The notes under the pieces are model-generated. The model worked only from the letters and a program-made list of their open reading frames with translations, had not been told where the DNA came from and did no database searches. A stretch of 64,000 nt of DNA from Octopus bimaculoides (Eukaryota): positions 35,549,455-35,613,454 of the forward strand of contig NC_069004.1 in NCBI RefSeq assembly GCF_001194135.2, written 5' to 3'. Positions within the stretch are counted from its first letter, which is position 1; every line of letters starts with the position of its first letter. Shown here one piece after another: positions 40,501 through 53,564 of this stretch. The position numbers and the translations under genes are program-made.

Positions 40501-43500
40501 ATTAAAGTCCTCCTTGGGTGCAGTAATAAAAATAAATGCGCCCTTTTAAAGCCTAGCTAGGCTCATGGGCCCGGTTTCCCCGGTTTCAATGGCGTATGTG
40601 TTCCCCAGCTGTAAGGGACGCCAGTCCATCACAGCGTTACTCATTTTTGTCAGCTGAGTGGACTGGAGCAACGTGAAATGAAACGTTTTGCTCAAGAACA
40701 CAAGGCGTCGACCGGTCCAGGAATCGAAACCACAACCTTACGATCATGATGCTGACACCCTAACCACTTGGCCACGCGCCTCTACCTTGGGTGCAGTGGT
40801 AATTAGCTTTTGTGGCAGAGGTGGGGGAATTATGGAGAAATTTTGATCAATTAAATTTTTATTGATTAAATTTGTAGTTATGTTGTTGTTTAGAATTTAT
40901 TGATGTATGTAGAACTTTGTAAACAAACCAGGGGGTGTTTCCCCTTTGTTGGGGAGGTACAAGGTGTGACAATATTTCTTTGCTTTCCAGTATTAATGGA
41001 TTTAATCTTTTTGTTTGGACAATGTAAAGGTCAAAGGTACAAAGTTCAGTATTTAAGCCTTTAGTTACTGGGTGTGTCAGCATTTTTTCCACAAAAGTGA
41101 AAGTAGTAAGTGGTAAGACTGGTCATTTCTCTATTTATTGTAGTGGTTAGGGTTGGTCATTTCCTGTTCCCATTTGTAAGGGGGGAGGGTTATTAATGAG
41201 GCATGTCATGGCTTTGTTAGTGGAGGAAATTGCTCCAGTCTCTATTCGTTTATTCTTTTACTTGTTTCAGTCATTTGACTGCGGCCATGCTGGAGCACCA
41301 CCTTTAGTTGAACAAATCGACCCCAAGTTTGTTCTTCGTAAGCCTGATACTTATTCTATCAGTCTTTTTTGCCATTCCGCTAAGTCACAGGGACGTAAAC
41401 ACACCAACATCGGTTTTCAAGCGATGGGCTTCTTTCAGTTTCTGTCTACCAAATCCACTCACAAGGCAACTACTCGACAGAGGGAACCAACAACTGCATG
41501 GCTGGAATGTCCTTAAACTGCCTTATTTCTCATCATTGTGTTTTGCATCTTGTTCTATTTAATACAATTCCCGACCAACCCATGCCAGCATAGAAACTGG
41601 ATATTAAATGATGATGATGATGATGATGATTCCAGATCTGGATATTATGTGACATCATTCTTTTTATACCTGCTTCATACAGGTTGCTGCTCACGTATCA
41701 CCGGAAAAACATTTTCCCCAAAATTTTTCCTGGAAATTGCAAACACTGCCCCAACACCTGTAACAATTACAATCTCACTGCCCAAGAAAATTATAATTAC
41801 TCTTAACAATTAAAATTATTTTTCCCCTCCAACAATTGGAATTATCCCAGAAAAATCTCACCCTCAACATAAATTACTAACCTTTACATGCAAAAAATTA
41901 AAAAATTTCATCAAAGAATAACAATAATAAAAAAAATTCTTCAAAATTATCAGCCAAGAAATTGTTTTTAATTTTTTTTTTTTTGTCGCCCTTTCAAAGC
42001 CTAGCCAGGCTCATGGGCCCGGTTTCCTGGTTTTTATGGCGTATGTGTTCCTCCCAGCTGGACGGGATGCCAGTCCATCGCAGCGTTACTCAAGAAACAG
42101 GAAGAAAGAGTGAGAGAAAGTTGGGGCGAGAGAGTACAACAGGCGTCGCCACCATCCCCTGCCGGAGCCTCGTGGGGCTTTAGGTGTTTTCGCTCAATAA
42201 ATACTCACAACGCTTGGTCTGGGAATCGAAACCGTGATCCTCCGACGGCGAGTCCGCTGCCCTAACCACTGGGCCATTGCGCCTCTACTATGTTTTTAAT
42301 TTAGCATCAGATTTACCATTTACCATTGTTTCTTTTTCTTCTTCTTCTTCTTCTTCTTCAGGCAGCTATTTCTGTTATGATAACCCAGCAGCACTTCAAG
42401 ATCATATGTTGAAAGATCTCAGCTTGCAAGAATACCAATTCATGAGTTTTTATATGTGGTACTCTTGGCCGAACGTCATTCTCTGTTTCTTCGGTGGATT
42501 TCTTATTGACAGGCTTTTTGGTGTCCGACTTGGAGCCATCATTTTCAGCAGTTTTGTCACAGTTGGACAAGTAAGTCATTTCGCTTGTTTCTTGGATTTG
42601 GGATTTAAACCTTTAGCAGATTACTTTGTTCAAATTCATTTGAATTAATCCTGCATTAACTTGTAGCTTTCAGATTTCAATCATGCGGTTGCTTATTTTC
42701 AGAATGAAAATGGCTGGTTTGAACGTAAAACGCAGGAGAAATATTTGAGCCAGATATGGTGGGTTTAAATACTAAAGGGTTAGCTTTAATTCTATTTAAT
42801 GCCTTCTCCTTTCTTTCTCTTGAAAACATAATTTTGAGGGCAAATAGCTGTGTGGATATGTAGCTGAGCTATTGACCTCAGGAGATCTTGGAGTTGTCAT
42901 TATGCTGTGTCTCTGAAGAGGAAGACTCCTGCAAACTTGGCAAACATCATTGTCATACAAGCAATGTCTTTCGTCTCCAACTTTCCTCAAAAACATATCT
43001 GACCATGGGAGAAATATTACCTTACTTGAATAAAAGGTGAGGGTTGCTAATAGGAAAGGCTAGTTGCCCTTCCCATTGCCACCTGTAATCTGTGAGGGCA
43101 TTTGCTTCAAGGAATTCCATCTGGCCATATCAAGCAAGCTTTCATCTTTCCTACCTGCGCAAGGTGTGGCTCCTTTGCTGCCCTACAAAGCTCTGTGTTT
43201 TGTGCTCAGTGTATGAGATTTGTAGCAGCCCTCTGAAGAGAGGAAAAGGGGGAGGAAAATGAGAGAGGGGAGAAGTAATAAAAACAGAGAAGAGAGAAAA
43301 TGAAGGCAGAGGATAACTTGCGCTCAAATGCCTTGATTCTTCATTCCATGTCAAGAAAACCTCTTGGTATTCATTTCAAACCTGTGTTCTGAGTTCAAAT
43401 GTCACTGAAGTCATTTTGCATTTTATACTTCTGTGGTTGATTAAAAAAAGGGGTCAACATAAAGAGGCGGAATGATTAGGGGTATCAGATGGGGTACTTT

Positions 43501-45321
43501 TATATTATTTCTTCCAGTTCTTTATATTGCTGAGTTCAAATCTCAACTTGGAGGAGGGTGGCTGGGTAGACTTAATCCATTGCTTGCTTTAATCCTTTAG
43601 CTTTCAGATTACTCTCTCAAATGTGTAATGCTTATTTATTTACATGGTTAATCCTGCATTATCTCGTGGCTTTGAGATTTTGATGGTGCAGTTATTTGTT
43701 GCTAGAATGACATTGTAGAGTCAGTGTGAGAGGTGGGATGAAGTCAGTTTGAAAATAAAAATAGGTAGACATTTTGGGGTCTGATTTGTATCATTGTAAA
43801 TGCTAATAAATTAATGTCATCATCACCGGGCACCAAGGGTGGGACAACTCTGAGTTTTGAGGGTACCTTTGTCCCTTATGGTGGCCCTGTATAAAGTGTC
43901 ATGGACACCACCTTTCTTCCTGACTAAAACCATTAAAAAAAAAATGACAATAATTAATTTACAATATCACTCATTAATCGTCATTCTTTTTTCTCTCAGG
44001 TAATATTTGCACTTGGCGCCATCTACGATAAATTATGGTTGATGGATATGGGTCGGTTCATTTTTGGGTGAGTATTTTCTGTGTCAGGGTTTTGGGGTTT
44101 CTCTTTGTGGTTCTCATCTTCCTTCAGTTTCTCTCTTCTCTGCTTCCATCGCTTCTCACTCCTCTTCCCTCAACATTCTCCTCTCTCTTCCCCTCCTCCT
44201 CTTCTCCCTACTCCCCCCTCTCTCCAGTGTTTTACCGGAATTAGGATTTGTTTTCTTGGAACTTTCTTCACCTTCAAACATCATTCAGTTCAAATATTCT
44301 CCTCACCTTCAGTCCCGTCTGTCTGTCCATCTCTCTTGAGGATGCAGCATGAGTGAATGGTTCAGAAGGTGCAAGGTTCAATCCTGCCCTCTGGCATTTT
44401 CAACAACTGTCTCAGGTTGACACATATTTTGTGAATGACTTATAATTCAAATATGTTTCAGTCATAACCATTCCCTCATTTTTTTTTTGAGACAATGTAT
44501 CTTGGATTACATTAACTTCTGTGCCTTTCTATGTAGTTGTCTATTTCCCAGATTAGTTCTGGTTAAACAGATCTATGATCAACATGTGTGTATGTGTGTA
44601 TATTATATACGTTTATGTGTGTGCCTATAAAGGTTGCTACCATTTACCGTTTGTGTTTCTCCTGACAGAATCGGAGGTGAATCCCTGGCCGTGGCGCAGA
44701 ACACTTATGCTGTGAAATGGTTCAAAGGCAAAGAACTCAACATGGTCTTTGGTTTACAGTTGAGCTTTTCCCGAATTGTAAGTTGGGGGTCTTTTCACTC
44801 CTCTTCTATTTCATGCTCTTGTTGTTGTTGTTTAACCCTAGGTCAGTCCTAGGGTTAAACAGTCTGTGTGTCTCTGATATTCCTGTAAATTGAAGTCCTT
44901 TAAAAGTGTTCTGGCTAAACAAAGGAGTAAGGATCATCATCACTATCCAATGTGCTGGATCCATCAAGGGATGTTGTGGGATAAAAGTCTGTCTAACGAT
45001 CTACAAATCACAGATGGTGTCAGATGTCAAAAAAAGAAAGAAAAAACGACTATTGAAGAGGTTGCAAAATGCAAGGAGAATATTAGAAAAAATAAATAGG
45101 TGGTGCTCCAACATGGCCACAGTCAAATGACTGAAACAAGTAAAAGAGTAAGTAAATGAGTGGAAATCGAACCTGAGAAATGTCCCCAGACTCAAATAAA
45201 ATGAAAGAAATATATAAAATACATATGAAGGGAAGTAATCATTAAGGACCTGTAAGTATCAGTTATTTCCCTTGTAAAATGCCTGGGCCGCGAGAATTGC
45301 TGAAAGAATATCTTGTTTTTC

Positions 45322-45360
<39 letters not shown>

Positions 45361-45873
45361 GTATATTATGTATATAATATATATGTATGTAATATGTACA
45401 CATATATAGATGATATATATGCACACACAAATATATATAATATGTATATATAGACGTAGGAGTGGCTGTGTGGTAAGTAGCTTGCTTCCCAACCACATGG
45501 TCCCGGGTTCATTCCCACTGCGTGGCACCTTGGGTAAGTGTCTTCTATTATAGCCTCGGGCCGACCAAAGCCTTGTGAGTGGATTTGGTAGACGGAAACT
45601 GAAAGAAGCCCGTCGTATATATGTATATATATATGTATGTGTTTGTGTGTCTGTGTTTGTCCCTCCAACATCGCTTGACAACCGACGCTGGTGTGTTTAT
45701 GTCCCCGTAACTTAGCGGTTCGGCAAAAGAGACCGTTAGAATAAGTACTAGGCTTCTAAAGAATAAGTCCTGGGGTCGATTTGCTCGACTAAAGAGTAAA
45801 AGAGTATATATATATATATATATAAAACATACTTAATATTATATATATATATTATATACACACACACACATAC

Positions 45874-45917
<44 letters not shown>

Positions 45918-46303
45918 AAGAGTAAGCACATAAATGTAAAACAAGGAGGGTAAAAAAGGGTTCGAATATTGGAGGTAGAATAATATGTTTTATTAATATA
46001 TATACATGATGTCTGTGAGCATGGGAAACAGATGTTAAAAGTCTGTTTCCCATGCCTTCACTATGATGATGATGATGTATATATTAGTTGTTCACACACA
46101 TCTCTTTTTTCATTTATTCCAGGGAAGTACTGTCAACATGAATATCATGGGACCCCTCTACAATATATTTAGTCGAGATAATCCTGGATATAAAGGACTC
46201 GGTTATTTGCTTCTTATTGGTAAGTTGCTCTGTGTTGATATTTCCCAGACATCAAAGTTTCATCATTCAATTAACCTTAAATTACATGTCTCTACATTAC
46301 ACA

Positions 46304-46346
<43 letters not shown>

Positions 46347-46952
46347 TGAAGTCCCAGTCAACTCTGCTCTCTGTACAGAGAATAATGACAGAATCTTGAC
46401 TGCTGATGCTATCAGCAAAACCTGTGTTGTTATTCTTAAACCTGCTTTAAACTCCCAATCCTGTATCAACATGCATTCATCTGTATCTTACATATATGCA
46501 TACACACACCTGTACCTCAGATACTCAAGTGTCTCCTGCCCCCCCCCCCCAACCATTCAACAAACTGAATGCAGTGTTGATCAAATGCTTTCATGTTCTT
46601 CTCTTCTTTCAGTTGGTGGTGCCACCTGTCTTGTGTCCTTGTCCTGTGCCTTGTTATTGGCATTATTTGATAAAAGAGCTGACAGAATTCTCAAAATCAA
46701 AGCCAAAGCAGGTAGAGTTTTACTTTTTATTTTCCTTTGAAAACTACTGAATTGTTGTTGTTTGCGTCTATTATCTTTCAGGTTTCCGTAATTAACCTGC
46801 AGAGGGCACCAGTAGAAAGCGCCAGTCCCTATCATTTATACCAACCCCCAATACATAGTCTGCTTTTTATGCTATCATTCTACATTTCAACAAATGGCTG
46901 AGTTGATCTATCAAGTTATGCCTCCCTTTTGAGAATTGTTTTCTGTTGTTAA

Positions 46953-46988
<36 letters not shown>

Positions 46989-48108
46989 ATTTACGTAGGC
47001 TGTGCTTTCATTTGTCTGTGTTACATTTTACATGTAACTTATATTCATATGACACAATACAATGATGCAATGTTTCTGTTTTGATTTCATTAACAGAGGA
47101 AGTCGTCAACATAAAAGATGTGAAGGATTTCCCTTTAACGATGTGGCTTATTTGCATTATTTGTGTAGCTTATTACGTTACAGTCTTCCCATTTATTGGC
47201 CTCGGTCTGTGAGTAGAGCTTTGAAATTTCCTTCTCGTTATTCTCTTATTCTCTTCTCAATGCTCGTTAACTATATATTTCCTTATTTTGACTCTTCTAG
47301 TCAGAGTTATCTTCTAATTTTTTTACCTCTCTCTCTGCAAGTAACAAATATCTCTGGACACGACCAGATTAGTATTTATTTTACATGATAAGAGTTTAGC
47401 AATTAACATAATTTACATAACTAGAATCAATTAAACATATTTTTACCTAATGAGCATTACACATTCTGGCTAATCAAGCATAATTTACCTAACAACATTA
47501 CACTTCTTCTTAATTATTCATAATCCACCATTTTTAATTGATTTAGTGCTTTACCATTTTTAATTATGCCCGTTAGTCAATCTTTTCCTAAAATTTCTTT
47601 TTTTTTTTCCAGAGTCTTTTTTGAAAATAAATTCGATTTTGATGCTTCATTAGCTGCCACAGTCAACAGGTAAGAATTAGTTTTTTCTCTTTCTTCTCCT
47701 CCCTCCTCCTCTCTTCCTCTTTCCATTTAAGGTAGTGGAATTGGTAGAGCTTCAAGCATGATACCCAGTGGTATTTAGTTAAGGTTCTTTACTGAATACC
47801 AAGTTCAACTCTCACCAAAGTCAGTGTTGTCTCTCATCCATTCTGGATCAATAAAATATGACACTAATCAAGCGCATTGGCCATTCGAGGTTAATGATAT
47901 AAATACCAGTTAACTTCTGGGGGTCAATGTAAAATTGTTGGTCTCATGCCAAAATTAGATGGAATTATTAATATTATCGTTATTATTATTATTACTGAAC
48001 AGATTAGACTGCTGGAAAATAAAAGAATCCTAACATTGGGCTAAAACAAGCCTTAGATGTCGAGGCAGCCTCCGGAAGCCAAAATTCTTCTTCTTATTAT
48101 TATTATTA

Positions 48109-48145
<37 letters not shown>

Positions 48146-51100
48146 GGCAGTGAGCTGGCAGCATTGTTAGCATGCTGGGCAAAATGCTTAGCGACATTTC
48201 GTCCCTCCTTACGTTCTGAGTTCAAATTCCGCCAAGGTTCATTTCATTTTCCATCCTTTCAGATTTGATAAAATAAGTACCAGTTGAGCAACTGGGGTTC
48301 ATGTATTTGAAGAGCCCATTTCCCAATATTCCTGGCCTTGTGCCTAAAGCAGAAAAGATTATTATTATTATTTTCTGAGTTCAAATCAGGGCAGCTTTGT
48401 CCTTCGTATCTCTGGAATCCATAAAATTCTTAGTCGAGTTCTAGCATCAATGTAAGTGATTAATATTTGTTGCCCCACCCCACAAAAACAAAAGCCTGAG
48501 ATAGAAATAACTTACTAATTAAACAAACTAATTAACTAATTAACTTGTTTTATTTTCAGTATTGTATATATTATATCCGCTGTGGCCTCACCTGTCAGTG
48601 GTCTGATTGTGGACAAAACTGGTAAAAATATATTCTGGTTGTCTCTTGGCATTTTTGTTACCTTGATCTGCCATGCATTGATGGGATTTACGTTCTTAAA
48701 CCCTTTTGTAGCCATGGTACGTGTACACTCTTTCTCTCTTTGTGTGTGTGTGTGCATGCGTGCATATATGTGTTTGTGTGTGTGTGTCTGTGTATGTTTT
48801 TTTTTATGTTCAGTTCTAATAAAAACAATTTTACATTAATTTGATGGGTTATTCCATACTTTTGTAGATTCCAAATTTGTTACTCTTAAACATGAATATT
48901 ATCGACAGGGACTTCGAAGTTACAGCTAGTTAAGCCATTGCCAGACTGTTATGCATTGAAGTTAATCTTGGTTTAGCGGTATTTCGTCTTTCTTTATGTT
49001 CTGAGTTCAATATATATATAGTTAAAACTTACTTGCAAATGGATGCGTAGCATTCGATAATATAATAATACAAATGACATGTGAGCATATGCATGTATAC
49101 ATACATATATGTACATACCTACATGTCAGAAAAACGTGGACAAAACAGGAACGGGAACATGAACAAAGCACAAAAAACGAACTTTTTTTACGGACAACAA
49201 AATGACCCCATAGGAAAACAGAAAAGCCGCTTATGGAAGTTTTCATCATAAAGAAATAAGATGAAGTGGAGATGCACTGCTGGATGTGCAGTGTGAGTGT
49301 GCATAAACGAATTAGTTCAAAGGTGCTGAGTGAAAAAGTGGGCATAAGTGGAATCAGATGCTGTGTACAAGAGAGAAGACTGTGTTTGGTTTGGTCATCA
49401 GATGTGTTTGGATGAGGAGAGTTGCATAAAGAAGTGCTGAGTGATATTTGTGGATGGAATCTGTGGAAGAAGGAGACTGAGGAAAACACGAGACAAAGTG
49501 GTGAAGAATGACTTTCAGATGATGAACCTCATCAAAGAAATGTCAAAAGACCACCAAGATGAATGGGGACTTGCTTTACTTGAGAAGATCCTTTCATCTA
49601 AGGATTAAACGTCTGTCCCTTATGCCTGTGCCCCCTGCACACAATTTCTCTCTGAAAAATCTCCCCTACAACTTGTCTGCTTAATGACCCCCCCCCACCC
49701 GCTCCCTTCCATTTGTTTTCACCATTCACTTGGATTCCCCTTCCTCTCTATCCCCTACTCTCCTTTCTCACTCACAGAGTTCAATCCTCTTCACCACTCC
49801 ACTTATCTTCACCCCCTGTTTACCTTTCATGCTACACCCTGACACGTCTCCACCACCACCATCTTTTCTTTCTCTCTCCTCTCCCTCTCTTATACTTTAC
49901 TCTCTCTTCAACTGATATAAAGTCACTCTCTCTCTCTCTCTCAGTTGACGGGTCTTTGTCTTGCAAGATACTTAGTGACCCCAGCAGGGCTGGTGCCATG
50001 TAAAAAGCACTCAGTACGCTCTGCAAATTGGTTGGGATTAAGAAAGCATCAAGTTGTAGAAACGATGCCAAAACAGACAGCAGAACATGGTACAATCCTT
50101 TGGCTCTGGTCAAACTGTCCAACCCATGCCAGCATGGAAAACAGATGTTACATGGCGATGATGATGATGATGATGATGATGCTGTATATGTGCTTGTGTA
50201 TGTGTGTAAAGAGTGCCAAGTACACTATGAAGTGATTGGTGAAGGGCATCCAGTTGTAAAAACCTTGCCAAAACAGACATTGTAGCTCGATGCAGTTTGT
50301 TGGCTCCTGTCAAACATGGAAGATAGGCTTAAAAATCGTGATGATGATGATGTTATCTGAGAGAGATTTCACTACTATTTCTAGCAGGCCTAGTGACCAT
50401 GTAGAGGCTTCCCTGCTGCTGTTATTGTTGCTGTATATTCTTTTTTTTTTTAATATATTTCTTTCGTGTTAATAACATTCTCCTATGTTTTCACATTCTC
50501 TCTGTTTTTTCTCTGTCATTCCAGTCCTTGATGGGTGTCGCCTATTCCATTCTAGCCAGTGCTTTGTGGCCCCTTGTGGCTCATATCATTCCAACTCATC
50601 AACTTGGAACAGCTTACGGAGTGTATGTATATTTTTTCTTCCTAAAATCCTGGGACTTGCACTAAACCAAATACACAGCTAATCCTCTTGATTTATTACC
50701 TTATGTCAAAACCAGGCTGAGTCGGTAGAGCGTTGGATAAAATGTCTTTGTGGGATTTCTTCCAACTCTGCATGTTCTGAGTTCAAATTCTGTTGAGGTT
50801 GACTTTGCCCTTCTTCATTTCAGGGTCAGTAAAAAGGGTACCAGTTAAATATTGATATAATCAACTAACCCCCCACCGACACCCCGAGTAACGTTTGACG
50901 GTCTTGTACCAAATGGCAGAACCCTGCCAAGGTTGACTTTGCCTGTCATGCTTTCAATAAAATAAACGACTTTCCCCCACCATTGCCACCCAAAATTTGA
51001 AGCCATAAAGAAGCAAGCTAATAATATTGATAGTGTACTGGACCAAATGCTTAGTGGCATTTCTACAGGCTGTTTATGTTCTGAGTTCAAATTCCACCGA

Positions 51101-52133
51101 GGTCAGCTTTGCCTTTCATTCTTTCGGGGGGTCGATAAAATAGGTACCACTTACGTTCTGGGATCAATATAATCAACTAGCCCCTTTCTGAAAATTTGAG
51201 GCCTTGTGCCTTTGGTTGAAAAGATTATTATTTGTTGTAATTGAACAACTTCCCAGTTCATCTCTGTTGGCCAAATGATGTTTTTTTTTTAAATTTAGTT
51301 TCTTATTTATCAAAAGTTTGGTTCGTGTTCATCAACAGGTTACCCACACATACACTTGCTCTAACTGGGATTGAAACCTCAACAAACCATTTCTGTCCTC
51401 AACTTAACACATCAATCACAACATTGTCTCTATTTCATTTCAGAATGCAGGCCATACAGAACTTGGGTCTGGCTTTGGTGTCATATGCTTGTGGTTTAAT
51501 TGTGGATTCAAAGGGTTACCTGATATTGGAAGTGTTCTTCCTCGTCTGTTTATGCAGTGAGTATTTACTTTGTCTCTCTCTTATAGCTTTCTCTTTGCAT
51601 GTGTGTGTGTGTGCATATAAATTATATATATATAAGGAGCATTCCATCGGTTACAGTGACAAGGGTCCTAGCTGATCCGATCAACGGAACAGTCTGCTTG
51701 TGTAATCAACGAGCAAGTGGTTGAACATTCCACAGACACACGGACCCTTAACGTAGTTCTCGGGGGATATTCAGCATGACACAAAGTGTGACAAGGCTGA
51801 CCCCTTTGAAATACAGGTACCACTCTATCAAATGTAATGCACATTTATTCACATTCATTTCAACTGATGCTGCATTATCTCATAGCCTAGAGACTTCAAT
51901 GATGTGACTGTATATTGTATGGTAGGTGTGAGAGGCTGCATCTGGCCAGGTGGAGCATAAAACATTGACATTATTTTGGCCGGATGTGACTGGTTGAAAT
52001 GTTAAAGGGTTGATCAAATTTTTAATTGCTGCCTTAATTATTTCTTAATTTTTTCTCTTTCTTTCTTTTTTCTTCTTCATTCTAGTCGCTCTCGTTGCTG
52101 CAGTTTGTCTTTATTTGCGAGATGTTGCTCAAG
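33214..52133 (+). CDS. MFSD1: MFSD1 lysosomal MFS transporter, 3'-incomplete; join(33214-33385,42362-42570,44000-44067,44669-44777,46123-46219,46613-46711,47097-47208,47613-47669,48560-48716,50525-50622,51444-51556,52086-52133), 446 codons traced
   Basis: All splice phases are consistent. Motifs: CFLSFGSYFCYDNPAALQ, YSWPNVILCFFGGFLIDRLFGVRLG, GRFIFGIGGESLAVAQNTYAVKWFKGKELNMVFGLQLS, VDKTGKN, LWPLVAHIIPTHQLGTAYGVMQAIQNLGLA, GYLILEVFF. N-terminal EKTSLI dileucine motif. Confidence 0.94.
34375..34622 (-). mobile_element. SINE family C
   Basis: tRNA-like A/B boxes plus GTGTTCTTGAGCAAGACAC core. Confidence 0.75.
34650..34922 (-). mobile_element. SINE family A (one partial and one near-complete copy)
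   Basis: Similar to family A. Confidence 0.75.
36218..36420 (+). mobile_element. Distinct tRNA-derived SINE
   Basis: GACGTAGCCGTGTGGTAG...GGTCGATTCCC B-box...GTCCTTGGGTAAAG. Confidence 0.5.
37060..37250 (-). mobile_element. SINE family A
   Basis: Similar to family A. Confidence 0.75.
37980..38352 (+). repeat. Compound (TCTA/TCTG)n microsatellite
   Basis: Seen directly. Confidence 0.95.
39520..39704 (-). mobile_element. Mariner transposase relic, cut by an assembly gap
   Basis: GKIKKLDKWVPHELNER...KWILFNN; WVPHEL motif. Confidence 0.8.
40358..40480 (+). repeat. Dispersed repeat TTCAGTTCTAATAAAAACAATTTTACATTAAT...GACAG.GA.TTCGAAGT (copies at 14310, 48810, inverted near 10120)
   Basis: Direct sequence similarity among the copies. 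Confidence 0.6.
40545..40783 (-). mobile_element. SINE family C, full length
   Basis: Head GAGGCGCGTGGCCAAGTGGTTAGGG; tail GCCTAGCTAGGCTTTAAAAGGGCGC. Confidence 0.85.
41255..41465 (-). mobile_element. SINE family B, 3' part (another at 39410-39520)
   Basis: TTACTTGTTTCAGTCATTTGACTGCGGCCATGCTGGAGCACC. Confidence 0.8.
41990..42285 (-). mobile_element. SINE family D (shares its 3' tail with family C)
   Basis: Head GAGGCGCAATGGCCCAGTGGTTAGGG; tail GATGGACTGGCATCCCGTCCAGCT...GGGCCCATGAGCCTGGCTAGGC. Confidence 0.85.
42362..42570 (+). CDS. MFSD1: MFSD1 exon 2
   Basis: SYFCYDNPAALQDHML...AIIFSSFVTVGQ. Confidence 0.95.
44000..44067 (+). CDS. MFSD1: MFSD1 exon 3
   Basis: VIFALGAIYDKLWLMDMGRFIF. Confidence 0.93.
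44669..44777 (+). CDS. MFSD1: MFSD1 exon 4
   Basis: IGGESLAVAQNTYAVKWFKGKELNMVFGLQLSFSRI. Confidence 0.95.
45455..45790 (+). mobile_element. SINE family B
   Basis: Well-preserved head and body. Confidence 0.88.
46123..46219 (+). CDS. MFSD1: MFSD1 exon 5
   Basis: GSTVNMNIMGPLYNIFSRDNPGYKGLGYLLLI. Confidence 0.93.
46613..46711 (+). CDS. MFSD1: MFSD1 exon 6
   Basis: GGATCLVSLSCALLLALFDKRADRILKIKAKA. Confidence 0.92.
47097..47208 (+). CDS. MFSD1: MFSD1 exon 7
   Basis: EVVNIKDVKDFPLTMWLICIICVAYYVTVFPFIGLG. Confidence 0.93.
47613..47669 (+). CDS. MFSD1: MFSD1 exon 8
   Basis: VFFENKFDFDASLAATVN. Confidence 0.9.
48143..48352 (+). mobile_element. SINE family A
   Basis: Starts after (TTA)n; AAGGCAGTGAGCTGGCAG head. 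Confidence 0.85.
48560..48716 (+). CDS. MFSD1: MFSD1 exon 9
   Basis: IVYIISAVASPVSGLIVDKTGKNIFWLSLG...LNPFVAM. Confidence 0.95.
49265..50180 (+). mobile_element. RTE C-terminal relic plus 3' UTR/tail
   Basis: GISGIRCCVQERRL...GRRRLRKTRDKVVKNDF; tail CCATGCCAGCATGGAAAAC...(GAT)n. Confidence 0.65.
50525..50622 (+). CDS. MFSD1: MFSD1 exon 10
   Basis: SLMGVAYSILASALWPLVAHIIPTHQLGTAYG. Confidence 0.95.
50715..51225 (+). mobile_element. Two decayed SINE family A copies
   Basis: Copies at about 50715-50915 and 51040-51225. Confidence 0.7.
51444..51556 (+). CDS. MFSD1: MFSD1 exon 11
   Basis: MQAIQNLGLALVSYACGLIVDSKGYLILEVFFLVCLC. Confidence 0.95.
52086..52133 (+). CDS. MFSD1: MFSD1 exon 12
   Basis: ALVAAVCLYLRDVAQ; tctag acceptor, gtaagt donor. 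Confidence 0.88.
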
Positions 52134-52194
52134 GTAAGTCTAACTCAACTACTGCTGTTAATTATATGAGACAAATGTTAATTATGTTAATAAG

Positions 52195-52595
52195 CGCAGG
52201 AGTGGCTGTGTGGCAAGTAGCTTCCTTACCAGCCACATGGTTCCGGGTTCAGTCCCACTGCGTGGCACCTTGGGTAAGAGTCTTCTACTATAGCCTTGGG
52301 CCAACCGAAGCCTTGTGAGTGGATTTGGTTGATGGAAACTGAAAGAAGCCCGTCGCGCATATATATATATGTGTGTGTGTGAATGTATGTATTTGTGTGT
52401 CTGGGTTTGTCCCCCACCATCACTTGACAACCGATGTTGGTGTGTTTACATCCCCGTAACGTAGCGGTTCGCAAAAAAAGGCCGATGGAATAAGTATAAG
52501 GCTTACAATGAATAAGTCCTGGGTCTATTTGTTGGACTAAAGGCAGTGTTCGAGCATGGCCGCAGTTTAATGACTGAAACAAGTAAAAGAATAAA
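52195..52595 (+). mobile_element. SINE family B, full length
   Basis: AAGCGCAGGAGTGGCTGTGTGG through TGACTGAAACAAGTAAAAGAATAAA. Confidence 0.88.
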
Positions 52596-52964
52596 ATAAA
52601 ATAATTAACGAATACAATCAACAAGATTGCAGATTTTGATGTAAGGCAAGGGAGGTAACTGCTTAAGTAGAAAGGGGGATAACTCTGAGGAGGAGTAGAA
52701 AGGGGATTAACCCTAAAAAGGAGTAGAAGGGGGATAACTCTGAGAAGAATTATTTTTCCTTCTATCTTTTACTTGTTTCAGCCATAACACCGCCTTGACG
52801 GGTTCGGTGAAACAAATCGACCCTTGTACTCTTTTGACAAATCACTCAGTTACGGGGTCGTAAGCATACCAACACCGCTTGTGAAATGGTGATGCGAGCA
52901 AATCCAAACACAAAGACACACATACATAGATATATGCATGTATATTTGTATGTGTGTGTTTATG

Positions 52965-53100
52965 TAGGTGTGTGGCTTAGTGGTTAGGGTGGTGCACTCA
53001 TGATCATAAGATTGTGGTTTCGATTCTTGGACTGGGCGATTCATTGTGTTCTTGAGCAAAACAACCTTACATGTTGCTCCAGTCCATGCCAAAAGTGAGT
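52965..53100 (+). mobile_element. SINE family C head
   Basis: GTGGCTTAGTGGTTAGGG...GGTTTCGATTC...TTGTGTTCTTGAGCAAAAC. Confidence 0.75.
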
Positions 53101-53199
53101 AATCCACAAACAGCTCAGCGTCCCTTCCATGGGGGTGGGTGGGTGACCGGGTGGAATATATATAAAAATGTGTATGTATGTATATGCACACTCACACAC

Positions 53200-53315
53200 A
53201 CAGAAACTGGGAAGGTCTGAGGCTGTAGTAGGAGACACTTGTCCAAGGTTCCACACAGTGGGACTGAACCCAGAACTTTGTGATTGAGAAGCAAACGTCT
53301 CACCACACAACCATG
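53200..53315 (-). mobile_element. SINE family B head
   Basis: AGACACTTGTCCAAGGTTCCACACAGTGGGACTGAACCC. Confidence 0.75.
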
Positions 53316-53564
53316 CTTGATTTTGTTTTTAAACTTATTTAAATACATCAGCCATCTTTAAATATTTCCTGACGGGATCAACCCACCGTTTAACTTAAAA
53401 ACAAAACCCTGTTCTGCCCCTCTTATTATTAATATGTTCTTAGTTTGTTTTTTTTTGTTATATGCTTTCATGTCATGGGCCCTGAAATTGACTTTTTTGC
53501 ATTTTTCTCTGCAAATATTTATTTTTTTAACCTAAACGTATTGCATTTTTGTTTGACAAGTGTT

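Noticed and set aside
40700-40783. tRNA-like sequences (also 2630-2707, 34540-34622, 42200-42285)
   Set aside because: They have A/B boxes but continue into SINE bodies, and the cloverleafs are broken; they are SINE heads, not tRNA genes.
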